Positions 29,369 through 40,719 of a stretch of DNA of 64,000 nt are shown here, piece after piece. The DNA is from Acidobacteriota bacterium (GTDB taxonomy: Bacteria; Acidobacteriota; Vicinamibacteria; Vicinamibacterales; CAVVIG01), in contig JADZED010000050.1 in assembly GCA_020850715.1 (NCBI GenBank), positions 11,476 to 75,475 of the forward strand. The letters run 5' to 3'. A program made the position numbers and the translations under genes. The notes below the pieces were generated by a model. It saw only the letters and a program-made list of their open reading frames with translations, ran no database searches and was not told where the DNA came from. The number at the start of each line of letters is the position of its first letter. Position 1 is the first letter of the stretch.

Positions 29369-30874
29369 CTACCTGGTCGCCGCCGGCGGCCTCGCAATCT
29401 TCGATTCGGCGTTGGCCGCCTTGTAGGCGAACCACGCCATCGCGATCGAGGCTTCCTGCACGTCCTTCAGCTGCAGGCGCTCGACGGTGTCCATGTTCGT
29501 GTGGTGCTCGCGCACGTCGTAGTTCTCGTAGTCCTGGATCGGGTTGAACCCCGGGACGCCGACGCTGGTGAAGCTCAAGTGATCGGTCGAGCCGATCGAT
29601 TCGCGCGTGTTCTTGCGCGCGCCGAGTTCCTTCAGCGGCGCCAGCCAGCCGTCGAACAGCTCTCCGACGCCTGGGTTCTGCTGCTCGTAGAACCCGTAGA
29701 CCGGCCCCGTGCCGTTGTCCATGTTGAAGTAGACGTCGAACTTCTCGCGCACCGCGCGGTTGGCGTCGCCCGCCAGATGCTGCTCCACCCAGGCCCGCGA
29801 GCCGAGCAGCCCCTGCTCCTCGCCGCCCCACAGCGCGATGCGGATCGTGCGGCGCGGACTTGCATCGATCGCCTCGAGAATGCGGATCGCCTCGACGATC
29901 GCCGACGAGGCGTCGGCGTTGTCGGTCGCCCCGACGCCGGTGTGCCACGAGTCGAGGTGGGCGCCGAGCATCACGACCTCGTCGCGCACGGCCGGATCGG
30001 ATCCCGGCAGCTCCGCGATCACGTTGTAGGCGTTGCCGTTGTCGTCGTCGTAGAACTTCGTCTGCACGTTCACGCGGAGCTTCACCGGCACCTTCCGGTC
30101 GATCAGGCGCATGATCATGTTGTACTGCTCGGCGCTCATCGTGACCGACGGCACGGCGCCGGGACCGCCGTCGCGGCCGGTCACGAACACGGTGCCGTGC
30201 TCGCCGATGCTCGGCTTGAGAATCACGCCGGCGCCCGCCGCCTTCAGGGCGTCGCTGGCGCGTTGCGCGCGCTGACGCGGCGATTCGGCGCCGGCGGTCT
30301 CGGGCCGGCGGCCGACGCTGGTCGCGTACGCCGCCGAGTCCGGCTTGTAACCCGGATCGCTCGGGTTGGGCCGATCCTGCCGCACGAAATTGGTCATGAT
30401 CGGCTCGGTCATGACGATCGCCCCCTTCAGCCGGTCCGCCATCGCCGCGATCTCCTCAGGAGACTTGCCGGCCGTCGTCACCGGCGCAGCGAGGATCTCG
30501 CCGGCGGTCGATGCCGACCATCCGTCGGCGTACGCGATCAGCGGCAGGTAGCGCGGCTCGACCAGTTCCACGACGACCTTCTGCATCTCCCATCCGCGGC
30601 CGAAGGCGAACGGCTCGGTGTGCACGTTCGCCAGGCCGTACGAGGCGAGCCTGGCGCGCATGAACTCCACCGCCCTCTTGTGCGCCGGCGACGCCGTGAG
30701 CCGCGGGCCGATGTCGGTCGTCAGCGTGTCGAACACGGCCCCGAGCTGCGAGCGCTCGGTCCCCTCCGCCTTGATCTTCGCGAACACCGCCCGGTCGTCC
30801 TGCGGCGCCTGTGCCTGGGCGGCCGCGGCGACTCCCAGCGATGCGGCTGCGGCCCATACGATCAGCGTTCTCAT
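29369..30874 (-). CDS. Secreted M28-family metallopeptidase with PA domain
   Basis: 501 aa. Signal peptide MRTLIVWAAAASLGVAAAAQA. Has GAHLDSWHTGVGATDNADA and WGGEEQGLLGS. SD GGGGGAG lies 6 nt upstream. Confidence 0.85.
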   Translation of the reverse strand: MRTLIVWAAAASLGVAAAAQAQAPQDDRAVFAKIKAEGTERSQLGAVFDTLTTDIGPRLTASPAHKRAVEFMRARLASYGLANVHTEPFAFGRGWEMQKVVVELVEPRYLPLIAYADGWSASTAGEILAAPVTTAGKSPEEIAAMADRLKGAIVMTEPIMTNFVRQDRPNPSDPGYKPDSAAYATSVGRRPETAGAESPRQRAQRASDALKAAGAGVILKPSIGEHGTVFVTGRDGGPGAVPSVTMSAEQYNMIMRLIDRKVPVKLRVNVQTKFYDDDNGNAYNVIAELPGSDPAVRDEVVMLGAHLDSWHTGVGATDNADASSAIVEAIRILEAIDASPRRTIRIALWGGEEQGLLGSRAWVEQHLAGDANRAVREKFDVYFNMDNGTGPVYGFYEQQNPGVGELFDGWLAPLKELGARKNTRESIGSTDHLSFTSVGVPGFNPIQDYENYDVREHHTNMDTVERLQLKDVQEASIAMAWFAYKAANAESKIARPPAATR

Positions 30875-30923
30875 CTGAGCTCCCCCTTGCCCGGGACTTG
30901 CCCGTGGCGATCGGCCGCCCGAA

Positions 30924-32669
30924 TCACTCCTGCGCCCCCTGCAGCAGCGCCTCGGCGGTCGTGAAACGCGGTTCGATGTCGACGGGAATCGACGTCAGCC
31001 TGTCGAGCGCGGCCTGCACCTCAGGCCGCACGACACCGAGCCGATCTCCGAGCGCCTTCGACTTCGCGTAGTCTCCTTCGGCCTGCATCGTCATGATCTC
31101 GCGCGTCAGCGCGGCGACGCCCACCTTGATTCGATCGGGATTCACCGCGAACGTCCCGTCGGGCCGTGCGACGAAGCCCCCCTGATCGAGCAGGTAATTG
31201 AGCTGGATCGCCACCGCGCGGCCGTGCGCCTCCGACAGGCCGAAACGGATCGAACGGAAGGCCGACGCGAGGAAGGTCGTGTAGAGCGGGCGCTCCAGCG
31301 ACTTCGGCATCACGCCCTCGTCGATCAGATGCTGCAGCGCCCAGAGCCCCGAGATGTCGGCCTTCGCTTCCTCGAGCGCGCTCGACGTCTCCTTCATCTC
31401 CTGCCGTACCGTCGTCTGGCGGCCGCCGACCGTGATGGTGTGGGGGCCGAGGCCGTGCATCAGCTCGTGCATCACGATGTGCGTGAAGAAGGCGTCGAAC
31501 GCCACGTGGGCCTGGTCGGCCGGCGCGAGCACGACCTTCGAGATGGGCACGAGCGTCTTCGCGAATTTCGCCTCCTGCACGTTCTTCAGCATCACGCGCT
31601 TGGCGCCCTTCTCGCGCACGACCCGCTCGTCGTTGGGCAGGTTGAACGCCGCCGTCTGCACGCCGCGGTTGGCGTCGCCGGCGGCGAAGATCTCGTTGAC
31701 GACGAGGATCGGCGCGAGGGCCCCGAGCTTCGGATTGCGCGAGGCGGGCGCGATCGGCAGGCTGTCCTCGAGCGCCTGCAGATGGCCCGACAACTGCCGC
31801 AGCTTCGCCGACTCCGCCGCATCCTCCACGGTGATGAACGACTCGAACGCCGCCTTGTAGTTGAACAGCTCGTCTTCGTAGACTTCGTACGGACCGATCG
31901 TCGGCTGGATCGCGCCCGTCAGTTCCATCCACGCGACGTCGCTGGCGTAGTAGTCGTTGCCGAGCAGCGCGTCGGCGCGCGCGGTCAGATACCTCTTCAG
32001 CGTCGGCTCGGCGGCGAGCGCCGCAGCCTCCCGCAGCAGCGCGGCCGCCAGCTTGAGCTCGCCCTGGTAGGCCTGGCTGTAAGGCACGGCGATGAAGTCG
32101 CCCGCGCCGGCCGGCGCGCGCCGGATGGTCGTGAAGAAGCCGGTGGCGCGGCGGCGCTCGGTGTCGGGCAGCGACTGGATCCAGCGCTCGAACTCCGCTC
32201 TGGTGGCGCCGGCCGGATAGAAGTTCGCGCCCGCCGGCTTGGGCGGCGCGCCGGCCACGAACGCCTCCTGGCCGTCGAGCCGCGACCACGGCCCCTTGTT
32301 GATGAGGAAATAGTGCAGGCGCGCGCGGCCGGCCGGCGAGTCGTCGCGCACCAGGCCCAGCAGCATCGCCGGGTTGCCGGCCCAGACCTGGCGCAGGAAG
32401 ATCGCGTCCACGATCTTCGACGCCGCGACGAGCCTGGCGAGCACCTGGCGATCGGCGGCCGGCAGGGCCGACAGATCGGCGCCAATCTCGGTGGGCGCGA
32501 ACCTGGCGGCCATCCGCTCGAGCGCCGCGGCATCCGGCAGCGCGCTCGATTGCGAAACGGGCGGCCGATCGGGGGAACCGCCGGCCGGCCCGGCGGCGTG
32601 CACGCTGTCGGGCCGATTCGCGAGCAGCATCAGCAGACCGAGGCCCATCGTCGCAGAAGTCTTGGCCAT
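30924..32669 (-). CDS. Secreted zinc hydrolase of the dipeptidyl-peptidase III (M49)-like family
   Basis: 581 aa. HIVMHELMHGLGPH followed by ALEEAKADISG resembles the DPP3 HExxGH...EExRAE pair. Confidence 0.6.
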   Translation of the reverse strand: MAKTSATMGLGLLMLLANRPDSVHAAGPAGGSPDRPPVSQSSALPDAAALERMAARFAPTEIGADLSALPAADRQVLARLVAASKIVDAIFLRQVWAGNPAMLLGLVRDDSPAGRARLHYFLINKGPWSRLDGQEAFVAGAPPKPAGANFYPAGATRAEFERWIQSLPDTERRRATGFFTTIRRAPAGAGDFIAVPYSQAYQGELKLAAALLREAAALAAEPTLKRYLTARADALLGNDYYASDVAWMELTGAIQPTIGPYEVYEDELFNYKAAFESFITVEDAAESAKLRQLSGHLQALEDSLPIAPASRNPKLGALAPILVVNEIFAAGDANRGVQTAAFNLPNDERVVREKGAKRVMLKNVQEAKFAKTLVPISKVVLAPADQAHVAFDAFFTHIVMHELMHGLGPHTITVGGRQTTVRQEMKETSSALEEAKADISGLWALQHLIDEGVMPKSLERPLYTTFLASAFRSIRFGLSEAHGRAVAIQLNYLLDQGGFVARPDGTFAVNPDRIKVGVAALTREIMTMQAEGDYAKSKALGDRLGVVRPEVQAALDRLTSIPVDIEPRFTTAEALLQGAQE

Positions 32670-32675
32670 GAGGAT

Positions 32676-32681
32676 ATCTTA
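32676..32681 (-). promoter_or_regulatory. -10 hexamer TAAGAT, 6 nt upstream of the ATG at 32669 (leaderless-type)
   Basis: Minus strand reads cccggTAAGATatcctcATG. Confidence 0.45.
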
Positions 32682-32731
32682 CCGGGCGCGGGGCACCCGG
32701 GTCCGTCGGAGTTGGAGTTGAAAGCTTCGCG

Positions 32732-32755
32732 CCTTCTGCCGCAGGTCGCAGAAGG
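32732..32755 (-). terminator. Hairpin ccttctgc-N8-gcagaagg downstream of algH
   Basis: 8-bp perfect stem read directly. No U-tract. Lies about 135 nt after the algH stop. Confidence 0.3.
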
Positions 32756-32889
32756 CAACGGCGTGCCTCCATCAGGAAACCGCAAGCCTGGCGGCACGCA
32801 GGGGAATGATTGGAGAAGACGCTCGAACGGCCCGCATCGCTCGCTGACGCGCAGGCGCCTCGTCCGGCGCCAGGTCCTCCAGTCCCGCG

Positions 32890-33453
32890 TCAGTGCACCC
32901 CCCGCGACATCGTCAGCGCGGCGGGATCGGCGCCCAGGCGGCGGATGGCGGTCTCCCACATGCTGTCGGCGGGCGTCTTGAAGATCAAGTCGCGATCGAC
33001 GTCGCTGATCAGCCACGCCGACGCGTTCAGTTCCGCCTCGAGCTGCCCGGGCCCCCAGCCGGAGTAGCCGACGATCAGCCGCGTGAAGGGCGGCGGATCG
33101 GGCTCGAGCAGGCGCCGCAGCAGATCCGGCGACGTCGAGAGATACATACCCTCGGCGACGCGCATGCCGCCGAGGCCCTCGGTCTCGGGCGAGTCGTCTC
33201 CGATCAGGATCCAGCTCCGCTCCGGCTCCACGGGTCCGCCCACCCACACGTCGAGATCGCCCGCGGCCTCCACGGGCGGATCGAGATTGACGACGAGACG
33301 TCCCCCGGTCACCAGCGGGCGATTCATCACGAGGCCGAACGCCCCCTCGTCGAAGTGCTTGCAGAGCAGCACGACGGTCCGGTGGAAGTTGGGATCGCGC
33401 AGATGCGGCATCGAGAGAAGCAGGGCGGGCGCGAGCGAGGCCTCCGACGGCAT
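32890..33453 (-). CDS. algH: YqgE/AlgH family protein (UPF0301)
   Basis: 187 aa. [35 protein letters not shown]. Confidence 0.9.
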   Translation of the reverse strand: MPSEASLAPALLLSMPHLRDPNFHRTVVLLCKHFDEGAFGLVMNRPLVTGGRLVVNLDPPVEAAGDLDVWVGGPVEPERSWILIGDDSPETEGLGGMRVAEGMYLSTSPDLLRRLLEPDPPPFTRLIVGYSGWGPGQLEAELNASAWLISDVDRDLIFKTPADSMWETAIRRLGADPAALTMSRGVH

Positions 33454-33492
33454 GGATTCTCCGATCTTAACGCCAGGACCGCACGAGGCAAG

Positions 33493-34470
33493 TCATCCAT
33501 GAGGCGTCTGTCCGCGCGCCGCTACGTCTCGCCGGCGCGACTCCGCATTCTTCCGCGCGACCGCCACGTTGCGGCGGATGCCGCGCCGCGTCGCGCGCGC
33601 CATCGGGCTCCCACGGAGCCCCTCGCGCAGGTCTGCATCGGACAGGCACGACAGCTCGTCGATCGTGCGACGGTCCCACACGCGCCGCGGCTGCCAGGCG
33701 CGGTCGCCGGACACCGGCGCCGCCAGGTTCCACGGGCAGACCTCCTGGCACACATCGCAGCCATAGACGCGCCCGCCCACCCCCGGTATCAGCGCCTCGG
33801 GAATCTCGCCGCGCTGCTCGATGGTGAGATACGAAACGCACCGGGTTGCGTCGACGACGCCCGGGGCGACGATGGCCCGGGTCGGACACGCCTCGATGCA
33901 GAGCGTGCAGGTGCCGCACCGGTCGAGCGCCGGCTGGTCGACCTCGAGCGGCAGGCTGCAGATGATCTCGCCGAGGAACAGCCACGAGCCGAGCGTCGGA
34001 TTGATCACGCAGCTGTTCCTGCCGATCCAGCCGATGCCGCCGCGCCTGGCGTACACCCGCTCCTGCACGGGGCCCGTGTCGACGTACCGGCACGCCTGGA
34101 ACGGCTCGGCGGACGAGGCGTGCATCCACGCGAGCAGCGCATCGAGCCGCCGCGCGACCACCTCGTGATAGTCGTCGCCCCACGCGTAGCGCGACACGTG
34201 CGCGCGCTCGGGGTCGGCGCACTCGATCGAGTACGGGCGATCGGTGTTGTAGCAGGTGGCGGTGACGATGACGGCGCGCGCCGACGGCATGACGCGCCGG
34301 ACGTCGGCGCGCCGGTCGGCGCTGCGCGCCAGGTAGGCCATCTCGCCGGCGTACCCCTGCGCGAGCCATCGCTCGAAGAACGCCAGTTCGGCATGCGCCT
34401 CGGCGGGCGCGATGCCGCACGCGTCGAACCCGAGCTCCGCGGCCTTCTGCTTGATGCCGGCGGAATTCAT
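33493..34470 (-). CDS. queG: Epoxyqueuosine reductase
   Basis: 325 aa. Has ..[13 protein letters not shown].. and the 4Fe-4S motifs [12 protein letters not shown] and [11 protein letters not shown]. Confidence 0.9.
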   Translation of the reverse strand: MNSAGIKQKAAELGFDACGIAPAEAHAELAFFERWLAQGYAGEMAYLARSADRRADVRRVMPSARAVIVTATCYNTDRPYSIECADPERAHVSRYAWGDDYHEVVARRLDALLAWMHASSAEPFQACRYVDTGPVQERVYARRGGIGWIGRNSCVINPTLGSWLFLGEIICSLPLEVDQPALDRCGTCTLCIEACPTRAIVAPGVVDATRCVSYLTIEQRGEIPEALIPGVGGRVYGCDVCQEVCPWNLAAPVSGDRAWQPRRVWDRRTIDELSCLSDADLREGLRGSPMARATRRGIRRNVAVARKNAESRRRDVAARGQTPHG

Positions 34471-34598
34471 CGCCGATCCGGCCGCCCGGGCTCCAACGAC
34501 GAGGCAGCCGCCCGGCCTCCTGCTGCGTCTTCCAATGGCTCGCCGTACGGCGCTTCAGCCCTTCGCCCGCAGGAGGGTGGCACGCCGGCCCCGACCCT

Positions 34599-37319
<2,721 letters not shown>

Positions 37320-37377
37320 GAGGCCTCGCCGGGAAAAGGCCATCGTACCACACGCGTTTTCTGCCGGGGTGGCCGCG

Positions 37378-38055
37378 TCAGAACCGAACGAGCAGGTACG
37401 CGGCGGCCGCAGGATGGACGTGCGTGCCGCGATCGAGCGCGGCGCCTCCGCGCCGCAGCACCAGCCGGAGGTCGACCCGCAGGCCGGCCCGGCCCTTTGC
37501 AGGCACGATGCGCAGGCCGGCTCCGGCGTGCGCCGTCCCTCCGCCCTCGACGAGCGTGCCGCCTTCGTGCAGTTCACGCAGATAGCCGGCGCCCGCGGCG
37601 ACGAAGGGCTCCACGCCCGCGCCCGGGCGCAGGCGGATCGGGACGCGCAGGCCCGCGGAAATCGCCAGGCGCCGAAGGGTCTCCCCGACCGTCGGATCGC
37701 CGCCGCCTTCGGCGCCGCCGCGGATGGCGGTCTGCAGCGCCGGCCGCGCGAACGACGCGAAGGCCTCCGCCTCGATGCGGCGGGTCAACCGGACGCCGAA
37801 TGCGGCCGCGATCTCGGCGGCCGCGTCGAGTCGCGACGAGGTCGTGAAGAGATGGAAGGGCTGCGGCCCCGAGGCCGGCGTCTCGGCGGCGGGCTGCGCG
37901 CCGTACGACACCCCGCCGCTCCACCCGCCGCCGACGGCCAGATCGAAGCGGCGGAACTCGATGGCGCTGCGGCCATCGCGATCCTGCGCGCGCGCGGAGC
38001 GGGGCCACGCGGCGATGAGCAGGCAGGCGGCGAGCACGATCGACGGCCGCGTCAC
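37378..38055 (-). CDS. Outer-membrane beta-barrel protein (small OMP)
   Basis: 225 aa from GTG 38055 (GTGA overlap with the matrixin stop). Signal peptide [23 protein letters not shown]. Alternating beta pattern. C-terminal ..YLLVRF. Confidence 0.65.
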   Translation of the reverse strand: MTRPSIVLAACLLIAAWPRSARAQDRDGRSAIEFRRFDLAVGGGWSGGVSYGAQPAAETPASGPQPFHLFTTSSRLDAAAEIAAAFGVRLTRRIEAEAFASFARPALQTAIRGGAEGGGDPTVGETLRRLAISAGLRVPIRLRPGAGVEPFVAAGAGYLRELHEGGTLVEGGGTAHAGAGLRIVPAKGRAGLRVDLRLVLRRGGAALDRGTHVHPAAAAYLLVRF

Positions 38056-39047
38056 TTGTGCTCGAGCCGGACCGTGATGAGCCCGCTGTCGGCCCCCTTG
38101 GGCACGGGTACGAGCCGATCGTAGAAGCGCACCCTGAAATCGGTCGACACGTCGAGCGGATCGCCGGCGAAGAAGCTCTCCGGATCGGCGTCGTCCAGCG
38201 GCTCGACGCGAACGACGTAGACACCGGGCGAGAGTCCGCCGATCGAGAACTGGCCGTCTTCGGTCAGGCTGAATCCTCCGACGAGCGCGCCGGTCGCGGG
38301 GCTGAATGCCACCACGTGCGCGCCGAACACGCCGGCGTCGTCGAGCGTGACCAAGCCCGAGAGGCTGCCCGTCTCCGCCGCGAAGCCGGCGTCCGGATAC
38401 AGATCCGAAATCCCCGCCACGTCGTCCGGCTTCAGCGTGCGATCGACGATGTTGCCCGGCGGGAAGGCGATCGGGAACATCACCGATTCGGCGGCGATGA
38501 GACGGCGCCCCCCGGCGACCATCTCGGTCTCGCCCAGCGCCGAGTGGCCCAGGCCGCTCAAGTGTCCGATCTCGTGTACCGCGATCGATTCGAGATCGAA
38601 GCGGCCGGCCTCGCCGGCAGGGGCGACCGACCACTCGAACGCCGAGTTGAAGAAGATGTCCGCCTCGACGATCTCGCCGCTCGCATCGTCGACGAGCAGG
38701 CTCGTCGAAGCGAGCACGCGATCGAGCTCGGGCGCCGCCATGAAGCCGAGCGTCGATCGCCCGTCGTCGTCGAGCGGCCGCGCGCTCGTGAGGCCGCCGG
38801 GCTCGTAGCGAACCGAGGCGGTCGGCACCGCCTCCCAGGCCGCGAAAGCGCGGGCCACGGCGTCGTCGAATGCCGCCACGCTCACGCCCGGGACGGTGCT
38901 TGCGTCGTTGACGAAATAGCGCACCGGACCGCTCCAGGTCACCGGTAGCGACACTGCGCCGGCGCGAACCGTGTACTTCAGGTAAGCCGAGGCGGGCTCG
39001 CTCCACGCCAGCAGAACGCCGAGAAGGGCGACGGCGGCCGTCTTCAT
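38052..39047 (-). CDS. Secreted matrixin-type (M10) zinc metalloprotease with C-terminal beta-sandwich domain
   Basis: 331 aa from ATG 39047 (ATGA overlap with the upstream stop). Signal peptide MKTAAVALLGVLLAWSEPASA. Has VHEIGHLSGLGHS and the Met-turn ESVMFP. No PRCGxPD cysteine-switch propeptide. Confidence 0.8.
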   Translation of the reverse strand: MKTAAVALLGVLLAWSEPASAYLKYTVRAGAVSLPVTWSGPVRYFVNDASTVPGVSVAAFDDAVARAFAAWEAVPTASVRYEPGGLTSARPLDDDGRSTLGFMAAPELDRVLASTSLLVDDASGEIVEADIFFNSAFEWSVAPAGEAGRFDLESIAVHEIGHLSGLGHSALGETEMVAGGRRLIAAESVMFPIAFPPGNIVDRTLKPDDVAGISDLYPDAGFAAETGSLSGLVTLDDAGVFGAHVVAFSPATGALVGGFSLTEDGQFSIGGLSPGVYVVRVEPLDDADPESFFAGDPLDVSTDFRVRFYDRLVPVPKGADSGLITVRLEHK

Positions 39048-39589
39048 CGCCCGGCCCCCACGAGGGATCGCACCTGCGTTTCGAAGCGATCGAGCGGCAG
39101 CGGCACCCGCGCGCGATCGCCGCGGACCATGCGCGACGGCGCACGCCGCTGCGCGAGCGGCGGCGGCGTCACGATCCAGCCGGTCCCGCCGGCGTCCGGC
39201 CCGACCCGGTACACGCCCTGGGAGAGGCCGACCAGGTACGGCACCTCCGGAGCGCGCCCTTTCAGGAACACGATCACGCGCTGGTCGCGCACGAACTGCG
39301 GCGCGCCGACGATGACGCTGCGATAGCGTCCGAGCACGCCGCCGGGTACCCGGAAGCGGACCAGCCCGCCTGGCGCGCCTTTCAGCGCCTCGTCGACCTC
39401 GAGCGAAACGACGGTCTCGATCGTGCGATGGCTGACCGACCACTGCGGCTCGAGATCGACGACGCGGCCGCGCACGATGGCCTGCGCCTCCTGTGAGAGC
39501 GTTCGGAGATCGGTCGGCACGAGCACGGTGGCGCCGGCGCGTCCGATCGGCGCGGCCAGCAGCACTAGGAGCGGGATGACGATGCGCAT
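39044..39589 (-). CDS. Small secreted beta-rich protein (possible OB/NTR-TIMP-like fold; hypothesis only)
   Basis: 181 aa. Signal peptide MRIVIPLLVLLAAPIGRAGA. The pattern AQAIVRGRVVDLE..VSLEVDEALKG..VRFRVPGG..VGAPQFVRDQRVIVFLKG resembles OB-fold NTR modules. Confidence 0.6.
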   Translation of the reverse strand: MRIVIPLLVLLAAPIGRAGATVLVPTDLRTLSQEAQAIVRGRVVDLEPQWSVSHRTIETVVSLEVDEALKGAPGGLVRFRVPGGVLGRYRSVIVGAPQFVRDQRVIVFLKGRAPEVPYLVGLSQGVYRVGPDAGGTGWIVTPPPLAQRRAPSRMVRGDRARVPLPLDRFETQVRSLVGAGR

Positions 39590-40719
39590 GTGGCAGCCTC
39601 GATGATGGCGCGAGCGGCGCGCCGGCTTGCGCCCGGACCGCCCAGCCGCGCGCGCACGCGCGCCAGCCCTTCGCGGACCGTGGCGGCGCGCCCGGCGTCG
39701 GTGATCAGGGCGATAGCCTCGCGCGCGACCGCCTCGGGCGTGAACGCGTCCTGGATCAGCTCGGGGACGATCTTCTCGCCGGCTATCAGATTGACCATCC
39801 CGACCGACTCGAGCCTCACGAGGCGCCGGCCGATCCGGTACGTCAGCGGCGACAGCCTGTAGACGATCACCATCGGCGTGTCGTGCAGCGCCGTCTGCAC
39901 CGTCGCGGTGCCGGACGCCGTCAGCGCGACATCGGCCGATGCCAGGATCGCGTCGGTCTCGCCTTCGACCATCGTGACGGGCGCGTCCGCGCCCGAGCGT
40001 GCGGCCTCGTAGAGACGATCCTCGAGCCCCGCGGCTCTGGCGATCAAGAACTGGGCCGCCGGCACCCGCTGCCGGATCAGCCCCGCGGCGGCGACGAGAG
40101 TGGGGAGGATTCTCGCGACCTCGTTCGGCCGGCTGCCGGGCAGCAGGGCGACGGTGGGCGCCTCCGGCGCCAGTCCGCGCGCCCGCAGGAACTCACCGCG
40201 CGGCGCCGACGGTGCCGCCAGATCGATCAAGGGATGGCCGACGAACTCGACCGGCACCCCCGCCTCCCGATAGATCGTCTCCTCGAACGGGAAGATCACG
40301 AGCACGCGATCGGCGATCTCGCGGATCGTCGCGATCCGTCCGGCGCGCCAGGCCCAGATCTGAGGGCTGATGTAGTAGATGACCGGGATGCCGAGCCGCT
40401 TCACGCGGCGCGCGAGCGGAAAATTGAAGTCGGGAAAATCGACGGCGACGAGGGCGTGCGGGCGCGCCCGGCGCGCCGCATCGGTGAGGCGCCTGATGGT
40501 CGCGTACGAGCGGGGAACCTTGGCGAGCGCCTCGGTCAGGCCGGTCACTGCCAGCCCCCGGTAGTCCTCGAGCAGCACGCCGCCGGCGGCGGCGAGCGAC
40601 GGCCCGCCGAGCCCGGAGACCTCGGCCGACGGGTCGCACGCCTTGAGCTCGCGCGTCAACGCCCCCGCGTAGAGATCGCCCGATGGCTCGCCGCACGACA
40701 GGAGGATGCGGAGGCTCAC
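39565..40719 (-). CDS. lpxB: Lipid-A-disaccharide synthase
   Basis: 384 aa from GTG 40719 (GTGA overlap with the upstream stop). MSLRILLSCGEPSGDLYAG and ..VIYYISPQIWAWR... Confidence 0.9.
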   Translation of the reverse strand: MSLRILLSCGEPSGDLYAGALTRELKACDPSAEVSGLGGPSLAAAGGVLLEDYRGLAVTGLTEALAKVPRSYATIRRLTDAARRARPHALVAVDFPDFNFPLARRVKRLGIPVIYYISPQIWAWRAGRIATIREIADRVLVIFPFEETIYREAGVPVEFVGHPLIDLAAPSAPRGEFLRARGLAPEAPTVALLPGSRPNEVARILPTLVAAAGLIRQRVPAAQFLIARAAGLEDRLYEAARSGADAPVTMVEGETDAILASADVALTASGTATVQTALHDTPMVIVYRLSPLTYRIGRRLVRLESVGMVNLIAGEKIVPELIQDAFTPEAVAREAIALITDAGRAATVREGLARVRARLGGPGASRRAARAIIEAATCASSSRS

